The position numbers and the translations under genes are program-made. A DNA stretch of 64,000 nucleotides from a virus (lineage: Duplodnaviria > Caudoviricetes): positions 32,001-96,000 of the IMG/VR virus record IMGVR_UViG_3300043432_000485. One strand, written 5' to 3'. The notes beneath the pieces were generated by a model. The model made no database searches, was not told the DNA's origin, and worked only from the letters and a program-made list of their open reading frames with translations. Within the stretch, counting starts at the first letter, position 1. Each line of letters begins with the position of its first letter. This document shows, in pieces, positions 1 through 9,271 of the stretch.

Positions 1-42
1 AGTGGCTCAACTTCCGGCAGCTCGCCAAGGCGCGTGGTTGGC

Positions 43-708
43 TCAAGCTTTGAGGCGTTGCTCGATCATGGCCTTCACGCGGCCATACACGGCTCCGTAC
101 TGATGCATCTCGTTGCAGAGGATGCGCTTCGACCAGCGACCAATCTCGCGGTCAACGGCGCCCTTGAATGGCCAAGAGAAGTAGTACTCGGAACCCGTAA
201 AGCTCTCGGCGATTCGAGCCTTCTCAGCCTGGGGGATCCCACTGCGGCCGTACCAGAATATGACCGCCATAGACATCGCGTAGCCGCGCATCTCGGACTC
301 TTTACGCCACGGAGCCGGAAGGGGGAGGAGGCATACGAGGGCCAGAAGAGGCCACCAGCTCCAAAGTACCGGTGCCAGGAGCGCGAGCAGGGCTAAGCCT
401 TGGGGCATCACGTAGCCAAGCATGAACAGGGCCTTGTTCTCCCGGTAGTCGTTGGCGTGCACGCATTCATGGGCCAGTACTGACCAGGAATGGTGGTAGT
501 TGTTCGCTACCCCTTCCCTGGTGGGGAAGTAGACGGTTTCCCCGATGGTGGTCACGAACCCTCGCATGAAGTCCCGGTTGAAGAACATCAGCGCCCCGAT
601 CAGCTTCATCAGCCAGGACTCGTTTTTGTACCTGACCGTCACTCCCTCCGAACGTGCCAGGTCTTCGAACATCGCTTTGTGGTCAAAATCTGCCATCACG
701 CACCTCAA
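43..708 (-). CDS. Zincin-like (HExxH) putative membrane metallopeptidase
   Basis: HECVH motif followed by a hydrophobic segment (GLALLALLAPVLWSWWPLLALVCLL); true start may be 696 or 699. Confidence 0.5.
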   Translation of the reverse strand: MRCVMADFDHKAMFEDLARSEGVTVRYKNESWLMKLIGALMFFNRDFMRGFVTTIGETVYFPTREGVANNYHHSWSVLAHECVHANDYRENKALFMLGYVMPQGLALLALLAPVLWSWWPLLALVCLLPLPAPWRKESEMRGYAMSMAVIFWYGRSGIPQAEKARIAESFTGSEYYFSWPFKGAVDREIGRWSKRILCNEMHQYGAVYGRVKAMIEQRLKA

Positions 709-770
709 AAGTTGCTAACCCATACCAGAGGCTCAACACAAATGGGTAAGTCATCGGTGTAGTAAAGGCA

Positions 771-1109
771 ATGGAAATCGACAAGAGGGACGAGACAATC
801 GCGATCCTCAGGGAAGCTCTGCGGTTCTACGCGGCCCCAGGGAACTACCACGCCATCAGCTTCATGTTCGACCGGCCGTGCGGAGGCTTCGCGGACGACT
901 TCAGCAAGGACCATGGAGACGAGTTCTACCGCCGTAGGATGCCCGGGGCTCTAGCCCGCCGGGTGCTCCGGGAGAGCGACAGCGGGGTACTTTCACCGGT
1001 CCAATGCGAGGCCCACGGAATACCACTCAGGGTCGAGCCTCAGCTCTTCTGTGACAAGTGCACCGAGGAAGCTTTAGGGGACGAGGAAGCGAGCAGCGAC
1101 TCGCTCTGA
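771..1109 (+). CDS. Hypothetical phage protein
   Basis: ATG lies 7 nt after CGGTGTAGT (755-763); C-terminal CxxH...CxxC. Confidence 0.6.
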   Translation: MEIDKRDETIAILREALRFYAAPGNYHAISFMFDRPCGGFADDFSKDHGDEFYRRRMPGALARRVLRESDSGVLSPVQCEAHGIPLRVEPQLFCDKCTEEALGDEEASSDSL

Positions 1110-2111
1110 AGCTGTCTTCTCTTTGGGCTTCTTCTCGGACTCATCGTCCCCGCCCTTCATCTCGTTGAGGATCTTGGTCAGGTCCTCATCCGAGAGGTCC
1201 TCTTCCAAGGTTTTAGCAACGGCTGCCAGGATGAAGTTGGTCATGACCTCTTCCGGGTTCGCGCCCTTCTTACCCTCTTCCGAGGCGAAGTGCTCCATTA
1301 GGTGAGCGATGCCGTGCCCAACGTGGCCTAGCTCGTCCATTACGTGGAGGTGGCCCATGGACTTGTGCACGGATTTAGCCGCGATGTGCCGGGCCAGACC
1401 CTTGGCAAATATACCGGCGGCCCCAAGAGGTCCCGTCGCCGTGAGAGCTGCCGCTGCACCTCCGATAGCCAGATGCGTAGCAACCGCTCTGAAGGCGTGC
1501 TTCTGGTGCTTGGTCATCTTGCCGCCGGATAGCACTGACTTCACGCCAGCCGCTGCATCCTTGAACTCCTTGACCTCATGCTTGGCCGTATCAACCAAGT
1601 TGTCGAGCATCTTCTTGGGGGTCTTGGCTAGGTGAGAACCTGCTTCCTTCAGGGTGTTCTTGCGGAACTCATGATCCCCCAAGAAGCTCTTGATAGCTTT
1701 GGGGGCCGACTTCGCAAATGACTGAGCGGCATCAGACAGCCCCTTCAAGGTGTCCTTCCATGTCTCCAAACGGCCCGGCTTCGCACCCTTGGGGGCCTCA
1801 TGCTCGTCATGATCCCCGTGCTCGTCATGATGGGGCTTCTTAGCTTCTGGCTTCTTAGCTTCTGGCTTTGGAGCCTTGGGCTCTTCCTTCTTGACCTCCG
1901 GCTTGGGTGCTGGAGGCACTTGCTTCTTCTTGGCAGCGTCCGGGATTGGCGGGGGCTGTTTCTTGCCTGGCCCACCCGGCTTCTTTACAGTGTGCTTGGC
2001 CTTATCCGCGTCCGGATGCTCCTTCAGGTATTCCCTGAGAGCTTCGGGAGATGTGAATTCCTTAGCCTGTCGGGTCGCCCTCTGGACAACCCTCTCTGTA
2101 AGACTCGCCAT
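1074..2111 (-). CDS. Lys/Pro/His-rich protein with shared peptide motif at both ends (possible virion internal protein)
   Basis: 345 aa ORF; N-term MASLTERVVQRA, C-term KTASERVAARF; PEAKK repeats. Confidence 0.7.
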   Translation of the reverse strand: MASLTERVVQRATRQAKEFTSPEALREYLKEHPDADKAKHTVKKPGGPGKKQPPPIPDAAKKKQVPPAPKPEVKKEEPKAPKPEAKKPEAKKPHHDEHGDHDEHEAPKGAKPGRLETWKDTLKGLSDAAQSFAKSAPKAIKSFLGDHEFRKNTLKEAGSHLAKTPKKMLDNLVDTAKHEVKEFKDAAAGVKSVLSGGKMTKHQKHAFRAVATHLAIGGAAAALTATGPLGAAGIFAKGLARHIAAKSVHKSMGHLHVMDELGHVGHGIAHLMEHFASEEGKKGANPEEVMTNFILAAVAKTLEEDLSDEDLTKILNEMKGGDDESEKKPKEKTASERVAARFLVP

Positions 2112-2118
2112 GTCTTGG

Positions 2119-2628
2119 CTATTTCATCGAAGGAACCTCGGAACGCTCGCGAGCCCGGATGAACATCAGCATCCTCCCGAGTTTGTTAAGCCCAGTCCCG
2201 TTCTTGCCGGAACCCCAGTAAGCATCTTTGGGGGCGTTCTCGATCAGCTCGACATCCCCGGTGTCGAGCAGTTTACTGCGCAGTTCTCTTCTCTGAGAGA
2301 ACTTGTGCGTCAGACCCATGAACATCATGTGGTCCTTGGTCAGGTCCAGCATGTAGCCATGCTGATCCCGGAACATCTCACGAAGCGCCGGGGTCCCCAC
2401 CTCGTCTTCCCAATCTGGGCGGCATTCAATCTGCCCGCCCCAGCGCTTGGCTATCCCCGGGGTGAGCGCGCTGCGGATCTGCAGTTGCACTGCCGGGTCA
2501 TCGCTCTTCATGCTCTGGTAGAAGTGCTCAACCGAAGGGTACTGAATGCCCTGGACCTCGAAGATTGCCCCGAAGAAGTTGGACAGGTACCCGTTAGGAC
2601 CCCGGTTGCTGTAGAACTTGAGAGTCAT
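2119..2628 (-). CDS. NADAR (YbiA-like) family protein
   Basis: YLSNF...YPSVEHFYQSMK...KFSQ...L..TGD.ELIENAP.DAYWG.G..G.G.N.LG.MLM; ATG overlaps upstream TGA. Confidence 0.85.
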   Translation of the reverse strand: MTLKFYSNRGPNGYLSNFFGAIFEVQGIQYPSVEHFYQSMKSDDPAVQLQIRSALTPGIAKRWGGQIECRPDWEDEVGTPALREMFRDQHGYMLDLTKDHMMFMGLTHKFSQRRELRSKLLDTGDVELIENAPKDAYWGSGKNGTGLNKLGRMLMFIRARERSEVPSMK

Positions 2629-2948
2629 GCCCACACTCGAATCTGGGCATTGGGATTCTCTATGCAAGCCTCTAGAACTCTAGTCACAAAGTCCACCAAC
2701 CCGTCGTAGGTTCCCCACCCATTCTCGGGGTCCATGGCTTTGAACCTCTCTGGTTCTGCCTTGAGTAGCGCGAGTCCCCTCTCTAGAGTCGTGATGGCGT
2801 CACCGGCCAGTTTGAATGCATTCTCGTCCGGGCGCCAAAGTACCTCGTACAATCCTGCCTCCTTGGCCATGCCAGCAAGATTGTGGGTGACGTTACCGCT
2901 GAACACCTGGGTGGGGCGCATCTCTTCGAGGTAGAAATCTAGGCTCAT
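2625..2948 (-). CDS. Conserved phage hypothetical protein (MSLD...NxTHNL...NGWG)
   Basis: Intact ORF with ATGA overlaps on both sides. Confidence 0.7.
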   Translation of the reverse strand: MSLDFYLEEMRPTQVFSGNVTHNLAGMAKEAGLYEVLWRPDENAFKLAGDAITTLERGLALLKAEPERFKAMDPENGWGTYDGLVDFVTRVLEACIENPNAQIRVWA

Positions 2949-3517
2949 GTCCGGCTCTCCTGGGCTGCCCAGTCTGAAGTGAATGGGGTTGGGTCGTTGG
3001 CAAGTAGTCTCAGCTCATTCAGGTACTGAGGGTCCGAAAACTGTCCCACGAACGGAGCCACCGAGAATGGTTTGCTTCGATGGTGAACCGGAATGCTCAC
3101 GGTGGGGGTTCCTTGTGCGCATGGCGGGAAGGTCAGGGTCGCCCCGAGCTTAGCGGTACGAAGCAGGGACAGCAATCCGGGCTCCTCTTCCATACCCTCA
3201 GGCCACCCATGGTCCTTGTATGGCCAGACTCTGCCATCCCAACCCAAATCCTCCAAGAAGAGGCAAACCTGCCGATCACTCTTGGGTGTGATCGGCAAGC
3301 CCATCGTCAGGCCGCCGATCGCCTTGATGCCCCCTTGTTCCAAGACCGTGAGCTGAAGCCCTAGCACGGGCCAGTTGGCTTTGCGTTGCTTGATCCACCC
3401 CAGCAGCGCGAAGGCGTGGTAACGACCCAAAGGGAACTTCCCATGCGAGACTGAAGCGGTGGGTACATCCTGCACCCCCCAAGCCTGGATGTAGTCCTTG
3501 GTTTGTTGATCGGTCAC
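2945..3517 (-). CDS. Hypothetical protein
   Basis: GTG start 7 nt after GGTGTAAT on the minus strand (3525-3532). Confidence 0.65.
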   Translation of the reverse strand: MTDQQTKDYIQAWGVQDVPTASVSHGKFPLGRYHAFALLGWIKQRKANWPVLGLQLTVLEQGGIKAIGGLTMGLPITPKSDRQVCLFLEDLGWDGRVWPYKDHGWPEGMEEEPGLLSLLRTAKLGATLTFPPCAQGTPTVSIPVHHRSKPFSVAPFVGQFSDPQYLNELRLLANDPTPFTSDWAAQESRT

Positions 3518-3539
3518 CTCTCCTATTACACCAAAACGA

Positions 3540-3569
3540 AGGGGCCAGAAGCTTGCGCTCCCAGCCCCT
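3540..3569 (-). terminator. Intrinsic terminator-like hairpin
   Basis: Minus strand AGGGGCTGGGAGC-GCAA-GCTTCTGGCCCCT followed by TCGTTTT, downstream of the secreted-protein pair. Confidence 0.6.
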
Positions 3570-3590
3570 CTTGGGTGTCACTCAGTCAGA

Positions 3591-3833
3591 TCACTGACTG
3601 CCGTCGTTGCAATCCGGGAGCCCGTCGCCCGCTCCCGTGGAGCAGTCCTCGAATCCGGTATCCGTGAGGGTGCACGAATCGGTGTCGGTCTGATCCGCGG
3701 AGTCCAGGACGCCGTCACCGTCCTTGTCCCCGTTGGTTGCACAAGCGGGAAGGCTGGTGTCGGCGAACCCGATAGCCGGGAACGAGAGCGCAAGCGCGCC
3801 AAGTAGAACGAACGTTGCTGTTAGCTTTTTCAT
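3591..3833 (-). CDS. Small secreted Asp/Cys-rich protein (TSP3-like Ca-binding motif)
   Basis: Signal peptide MKKLTATFVLLGALALSFPAIGFA; DKDGDGVLDSAD. Confidence 0.65.
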   Translation of the reverse strand: MKKLTATFVLLGALALSFPAIGFADTSLPACATNGDKDGDGVLDSADQTDTDSCTLTDTGFEDCSTGAGDGLPDCNDGSQ

Positions 3834-3871
3834 GGTTGTTGATTCCTTGAGAGTTGGCTGTTGGTGATGGC

Positions 3872-6070
3872 TTACTGGCAGGCCTTGGCCCAGCCGATGC
3901 CCTTGTCCCAGACGTTGATGGTGCCGGCGCTGCAGCCGAACTTGATTTCACCGGTGTCACTGCCGCGTTTGCACGCGAGGATTTGGCTGCAGTTGCAGCC
4001 GCCCTTCTGCAGCACTGAGTCACCAACGCTGTTTGGCTTGAGGGACTGAGTTGGAACAGGGCCGGACAGGTTGGTACCCGGGCAGAGGTCCACGTCGTCA
4101 CTCACTCCATCCAGGTCGCTGTCGCTGATGTAGAAGAGCGCCGTATTCTTGAGACCGTTTACGATGAGGGATGTTCCGGCTCCGGTGGAGCGGCACATCG
4201 TGTCTGGGGTGCGCCAAACGATGCAGGCTCCTGGGGCGGGGAGATCCGCCTTCTTGACCTTGACCGCTGTATTGGGGCAAGCACCTTGTGAGTCGATGGT
4301 TGCACCCGGGACGTCGTTGATGCAGAAGTCGCGGTTTGCGTACGGGATCGTGACCGACTTGGTGACACCCGGTGGCAGGGTTGCATTGATAGCGATCGCT
4401 GGCTTGGTGCTGCCCCCGTTACCATCGGACGCGGTCACGGTGATGACCTGAGAACCACCCACGGGTCCGGTACCAGGCGGGAACGTCACTCCGAAGTTTG
4501 AGCCGCCGGGCGTACTGATCGTGGCGGTGGTGGAGCCATCGGGGTTCGGAGTGGTGGTGGAGTTGCCGCCTGAGGTCTGGATGGGGATGCCCTGCACCAG
4601 TGAGCCGTAGCTCAGGACGCGATTGAGAGCATTGTCGACCACGAACAACCGTCCGTAGGTGGCATCCCATGTAACGCTGTTGGGGAACAACATTGATGCG
4701 GCACTTGCCGGCTGGTCCAGCCAGGTGAAGGTGCCGTCCTGGGTGTTTTGACTCACGTGACCACAACCCAGAATCTGATGAACAGGATCTGATCCTGGAT
4801 CAACGGCGCCACCGGTCAAACTCGGGTATCCGAGCACATTGGACGGCGGGAGCCCATTCTGGGTCTTGGTTTGTGCATCTCCGGAGATGTCATAGGAGAC
4901 GACTCGGCAGTTGTAGAAGTCCGCAACGAACAGCCGGCGACCAGCATTGTCCACCGCAGCGGCGGCTGGGGAGTTCAAGTATGGGCCACCACCGTACGTG
5001 ACGGGCAGGGCGTCATAGTTGGGCTGTCCAATGACCCAAGTGGAGGGTGCACCGTTCGCAACCACGGAGGACAGGTTCGCACCCGCCGAGTAACGCCATG
5101 CGCGTACGCCATTTTGGGTCGGAACGTAAAGCGCACCTTCCGTGGGATCCCACGCCGGTTTGCCCGGGAAGTTGATGCCGCACGCGTTGGGGGTGTGCGT
5201 GCCGACTGGGCCTGAACACGGGGCGTCGACTCCGCCTTCAGACACGAGACTCTGTTGTCCGAGGACTTTCACCGCTGCCATGTTGTTCGAAATGCCCGAA
5301 GACAAGTCGAAGAACATCACGCGATTGCCCTCAGCATCGGACACGATGAGGGTCTTGGAGTTCGCCTCGAATGCGAGCCCGAAGGGGGCTAGCGAACAAG
5401 CATTGATGCCAGAGGTGGCAGATCCACTGCAGAAGCGGTTCGGCTCCGTGGTGGTGAAGTCCGACTGACCCAACACGAACACCGAGGTCTCACCGTTGGT
5501 GTTCGTGTCCCCGATGTTGAAAAACAACACGCGGTGCTGCCAGTAGTCACTGACAGCCAGGTACTTCGCAGTACCGAGCTTGATCACCACTACACTGGTT
5601 GGGGAGTACAGGTTGCAAGCGTTAGCCGGACCGGGCCACGGCACATTCGGATCCGTGCTGTTGACGCAACCAACCGCTGGGTTCTGGAAGTTGCGTTCCA
5701 CGCTGGTATACGTGCCTTGGCCGAGCACGAACAGGGTGGGGGCATTGGTTGAGCCGTTGCGGACATCCTTGGCTAGGACCCGCTGGCCCCAGGACTCCAC
5801 GATGTACAGGATGCCGGTCTCAGGGTCGAAGTCCGCATCATTGGGGGCCGTCACCGTCTGGTCACTCGATGGCTGAAGCACCTCGAATGCCTCGATGTCA
5901 GTCAGGGGAACCCCTACCTGTTTCACCGGATGGTTGAGGTCCGGCTGGCCAATGACCCCACCTGCAGGCATCCCGTTGCTCAGAATGAGCTGGGCGGTTG
6001 CACCTGCTGCGATGGCCAACATTGCGCACGTGAACGCAATTGTTGCCGTTTTTGTGAATGGCTTCTTCAT
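3872..6070 (-). CDS. Large secreted NHL-repeat (beta-propeller) protein
   Basis: Signal peptide from MKKPFTK; repeated LxVxD..NRV...VLGQ units; C-terminal DSDLDGVSDDVDLCP. Confidence 0.75.
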   Translation of the reverse strand: MKKPFTKTATIAFTCAMLAIAAGATAQLILSNGMPAGGVIGQPDLNHPVKQVGVPLTDIEAFEVLQPSSDQTVTAPNDADFDPETGILYIVESWGQRVLAKDVRNGSTNAPTLFVLGQGTYTSVERNFQNPAVGCVNSTDPNVPWPGPANACNLYSPTSVVVIKLGTAKYLAVSDYWQHRVLFFNIGDTNTNGETSVFVLGQSDFTTTEPNRFCSGSATSGINACSLAPFGLAFEANSKTLIVSDAEGNRVMFFDLSSGISNNMAAVKVLGQQSLVSEGGVDAPCSGPVGTHTPNACGINFPGKPAWDPTEGALYVPTQNGVRAWRYSAGANLSSVVANGAPSTWVIGQPNYDALPVTYGGGPYLNSPAAAAVDNAGRRLFVADFYNCRVVSYDISGDAQTKTQNGLPPSNVLGYPSLTGGAVDPGSDPVHQILGCGHVSQNTQDGTFTWLDQPASAASMLFPNSVTWDATYGRLFVVDNALNRVLSYGSLVQGIPIQTSGGNSTTTPNPDGSTTATISTPGGSNFGVTFPPGTGPVGGSQVITVTASDGNGGSTKPAIAINATLPPGVTKSVTIPYANRDFCINDVPGATIDSQGACPNTAVKVKKADLPAPGACIVWRTPDTMCRSTGAGTSLIVNGLKNTALFYISDSDLDGVSDDVDLCPGTNLSGPVPTQSLKPNSVGDSVLQKGGCNCSQILACKRGSDTGEIKFGCSAGTINVWDKGIGWAKACQ

Positions 6071-6214
6071 ATGGATTTGCGGCTTCACCCGATGGGTACG
6101 GCAGCCGTTCCGGTGAATGGTTACGAGCATCTAACTACCTGGCCGTTTGGGTTTGGTCAATGGCCTATTCGGCTATTTTGACCCGCCCTGGGGTTTTTCG
6201 GTGTAATGGTGTTC

Positions 6215-6841
6215 ATGCTGATCGATGTGTCGAGAAGACCCGTGCGCCTGATCTTTGAGGAGTGCCCAACCATCATTGTGGTGCGCTCCATGCGAGTTAC
6301 AGGACAGGCTGACGGGCTGCTTCACCAGGACATCTCGTCCATGAACGTGTCTCGTTCTCCAGCGCGAACCAACACACTGGCTCCAAAGGTAGCGTTGCAC
6401 CAGAAGGGGTACGAGTACATCGAGACCATTCTCCCCGGTTCAGAGCAACCCCAGGAGCTTGGCTATCTCGAAAGTGAGGTAGCCCGTACCAGAGAAGCAA
6501 TCAGAAGGGGAGAGGTTAGGATCGCTCCCCCGCGCCCGCGGGTAGCACTGAGCAACGAGCCCTACTATGTGATCTCCGGGCATCAGGATCAGTTCGCAAA
6601 GCAGCTTGGGGTATGGAGGATCAACTTCGTCTCTGGGGCCGGCCCTAAGAGTCAGCGACTGTTGACCCTGTTGGACGAAACGCACGGCACGGTACTGTTC
6701 ACATGCCAGGTCCCTCCGGTATCCACCACAGATGGGATCTTCAAGATCAACACTCCACTGGAGCGCTACATTCGCCGCCCAGATGCAGCCCCTGGGTTGT
6801 GGAAGATGCTGCGGGAAGAGGGCGACGATGAAGTCGACTGA
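6215..6841 (+). CDS. Hypothetical protein
   Basis: ATG 7 nt after CGGTGTAAT (6199-6207); TTGACC at 6178-6183. Confidence 0.65.
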   Translation: MLIDVSRRPVRLIFEECPTIIVVRSMRVTGQADGLLHQDISSMNVSRSPARTNTLAPKVALHQKGYEYIETILPGSEQPQELGYLESEVARTREAIRRGEVRIAPPRPRVALSNEPYYVISGHQDQFAKQLGVWRINFVSGAGPKSQRLLTLLDETHGTVLFTCQVPPVSTTDGIFKINTPLERYIRRPDAAPGLWKMLREEGDDEVD

Positions 6842-7640
6842 CTATAACTGCCGCTGGTATGGAGGTGCCTACGGTAGCTTCAACTATGAGTCCGAATATT
6901 TCACACGTTGGGGAGCCCGTTGGGACTACTCGGCTGTGATCCGTGATTCTGAGGGGCCTAGGGATAGTGCCACCACTGTCATGGGTAGGCTGGACATTGA
7001 CGGGTTCCGTAGCCAGAAGACTAGGCGCTATCGTCCCACTGAATGGTCGGTGAGCTTGGAGTTAGGACACCACAAGCAAGGGGTGGCCACCGGGAAGTGT
7101 CGCTCTCTCCTGCAAGCCATGCGAGATGCCGATGCAGCTCTAACTCAAGACGTGGTAAGCCAGTTCTTGTCCGAGGTGTACTGTCTATCCCCTTTGACCG
7201 AAAGCGTGTATAGGTACGTCCATAAGACCCCTAGCTTGTTTGAACACCTAAGAGCTGGGAGCCCGGCTGAGCTGAAGCGCATCCAACTGCTGAACCCGCG
7301 TAACTGGATTCCTTGGATGTCAGATCTGGGGATTCGAGGGGAATCCAGTTGGGCACTAGGGGGCACGTCCAGCGCGCCCAACACAGGCACCTTCCTAACT
7401 GTCAGCTCTCAGGATGGGAAGCTCCGCGGTAGCATCACCATCCGTGAGAACTGGTCCACCACCTGGCAGTCAGATGAAGGAGTGCAGGAGCTTGCTAGAC
7501 GCCTCGGTTCCTGGACTCACGGATCTGAGTCGAACTCAGATCTTGATAGGGAGACGGGGGCATCGACGAGAACATGTACCGATACTCTTTCGGCACGCCC
7601 TGCAAGATCTCTTCTACATTGTCTTCTCCCCGGGGGTTGA
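6828..7640 (+). CDS. Hypothetical protein
   Basis: Overlaps previous gene end; 3' end overlaps the opposite-strand gene by about 145 nt. Confidence 0.5.
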   Translation: MKSTDYNCRWYGGAYGSFNYESEYFTRWGARWDYSAVIRDSEGPRDSATTVMGRLDIDGFRSQKTRRYRPTEWSVSLELGHHKQGVATGKCRSLLQAMRDADAALTQDVVSQFLSEVYCLSPLTESVYRYVHKTPSLFEHLRAGSPAELKRIQLLNPRNWIPWMSDLGIRGESSWALGGTSSAPNTGTFLTVSSQDGKLRGSITIRENWSTTWQSDEGVQELARRLGSWTHGSESNSDLDRETGASTRTCTDTLSARPARSLLHCLLPGG

Positions 7641-8190
7641 CCAAGAAGCCAACGTAGAGGTTCGACATCTCTTCCAGCATGGGTTGGATCTCGTGACCCC
7701 ACTTCGGGTCCAACAACGTCCGCAGAGAGTCTGTGCCCATGATGATGGTGCACCCCGGAAAGAGTCTGGCTTTCTCCAGGTAGGTGGCTCCTTGATCCAG
7801 GAACAACACATCGCGCTTCCCATGCAACCAATGCAGGCGGTCCAGCATGTCCGACAAAGACAACGGGGGCTTGTGCGGGGCATTGGTTGTGATCTGGAAG
7901 ACTGTGTATTCGTCCCCACAGTGAAAATGACCGTCATGTGCCGGATTGAAAGAGCCCGGGTACAAGACGGGGCTCTTGTCAGTCAGCTCCGCTAGCCTCC
8001 TGCCATCACGGGTGAAGAAAGGTCGGGCCAAGAGGGCCTTGCGGGCGTCGTCCGAGGCATCTACGATCTTGGAATAGCAGTAGCCTGGCAGCTCGGTCTC
8101 GACTCCCGCGGCATGAAGGATCATCATCAACCCGTCGGCGTCGGCGCAGTTACCGTCCCCAACTCTGGCGTCAACCCCTGCCTTGTCCAA
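7495..8190 (-). CDS. Cytidylyltransferase-superfamily nucleotidyltransferase, probably 5'-truncated
   Basis: YPGSFNPAHDGH (HxGH), MGTDS, C-terminal SSTQIR; only a TTG start without a clear RBS. Confidence 0.65.
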   Translation of the reverse strand: MDKAGVDARVGDGNCADADGLMMILHAAGVETELPGYCYSKIVDASDDARKALLARPFFTRDGRRLAELTDKSPVLYPGSFNPAHDGHFHCGDEYTVFQITTNAPHKPPLSLSDMLDRLHWLHGKRDVLFLDQGATYLEKARLFPGCTIIMGTDSLRTLLDPKWGHEIQPMLEEMSNLYVGFLVNPRGEDNVEEILQGVPKEYRYMFSSMPPSPYQDLSSTQIRESRNRGV

Positions 8191-8345
8191 GGTCGTCTCT
8201 GATCTTCTGCGTGCTCTTTCTCGCTGAAGAACTTCATGAACACGTAGGTGACATCACGCCTTTCGCTAGGTCTGGCTTGTGACTTACGTTGTTCTTTTCG
8301 ACGACGTGCGGCTCTTTTGGCTCGCTTTTTTATGGTATTGGACAC
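8127..8345 (-). pseudogene. 5' fragment of a basic protein gene, apparently joined to the nucleotidyltransferase locus
   Basis: GGAGG RBS and GTG start; sequence after ...FFSEKEHAED runs out of frame into the next gene. Confidence 0.4.
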
Positions 8346-8357
8346 TCCTGTCCCTCC

Positions 8358-9110
8358 TCACAGTTCGAAGTTGATTCCACGCCGGGTAGCGCGATCGTAA
8401 GCCTCTTTGTTGAAGCGGTAGAGACGTGCAGCACCACCGGTGCGCCGCTCCTTGACGGTCCCAGTTTCCTCTAAGAAGCCGGCCTTCTTGTTCAAGACAC
8501 GCAGTTTTTTGCGGAAGTTGCTGGGTTCTGGGTAAGGCTTATCAGGGGTCGCCTTACCCAGAATTGCCTGGTAGACCTTGCGGAGCTGTTCCAGCGTGAA
8601 TGTCTCGGGGAGCAGATTGAACCCCACCGGGGCGTAGCGGATCTTGGCCTGCAAGCGCTGCACCGCAGTCCGAAGAATCAGGGCGTGATCGAACGCCACC
8701 GAATCTTTCCCAAAAGACAGCGCCTCCCAAACGTCCACCCACTCGGCGCGGCTCGCGTCGGAACCGGCTTCAGGCTTGTGGTCTTGAGTGCGGACTAACG
8801 CATAGTGCGCCACCGAGAAAACGCGGCCCCGAGGGTCGCGCTCGGGAGCATCAAACGTCCCGAGCTGTTCGAGGTAAGCAACCTCGATGCCCGTCTCCTC
8901 TTGCATCTCGCGGCGCGCTGCTTCGTAAGAGGTCTCGCCCTTGAGGAACTCTATGAAGCCACCGGGGAGCGCCCACTTTCCCTTGAAGGGGTCTTCTGCA
9001 CGCTTGATCAGCACCACCTCCAAGCGCCAATCCGGGGTGAGCCCGAACAGGACACAGTCTACGGTGATGTCCGCTTTGGGGTAGTCGTAGGTGTATTTGG
9101 ATTTGGGCAT
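8358..9110 (-). CDS. nrtR: NrtR-like Nudix hydrolase plus C-terminal winged-helix regulator
   Basis: TVDCVLF, WALPGGF, REMQEETG Nudix box, FDH..I, LPETFTLEQL..VYQAILG, NFRKK, GGAARLYRF. Confidence 0.85.
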   Translation of the reverse strand: MPKSKYTYDYPKADITVDCVLFGLTPDWRLEVVLIKRAEDPFKGKWALPGGFIEFLKGETSYEAARREMQEETGIEVAYLEQLGTFDAPERDPRGRVFSVAHYALVRTQDHKPEAGSDASRAEWVDVWEALSFGKDSVAFDHALILRTAVQRLQAKIRYAPVGFNLLPETFTLEQLRKVYQAILGKATPDKPYPEPSNFRKKLRVLNKKAGFLEETGTVKERRTGGAARLYRFNKEAYDRATRRGINFEL

Positions 9111-9123
9111 CGGTTCTTTCAAT

Positions 9124-9172
9124 GTGGTATCTCTTACCACGTTCGATGAGTGGATTATGGTATCTGGTACCA
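9124..9172. promoter_or_regulatory. Two palindromic operator-like sites (GT-N7-AC core)
   Basis: GTGGTATCTCTTACCAC (9124-9140) and TGGTATCTGGTACCA (9158-9172), both followed by CGTT-containing identical flanks. Confidence 0.7.
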
Positions 9173-9181
9173 CGTTGTCAA
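9154..9181 (-). promoter_or_regulatory. Sigma70-like promoter for the nrtR-like gene
   Basis: Minus strand TTGACA (9181-9176), 16-nt spacer, CATAAT (9159-9154). Confidence 0.55.
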
Positions 9182-9271
9182 CGCGTTTTCTCAACTATCT
9201 TGTAAACGGTTGAAATGTGGCCCATTGCGGGTACTATTGCATATCGGTGTACTAGATGCTACACCGGCCAC

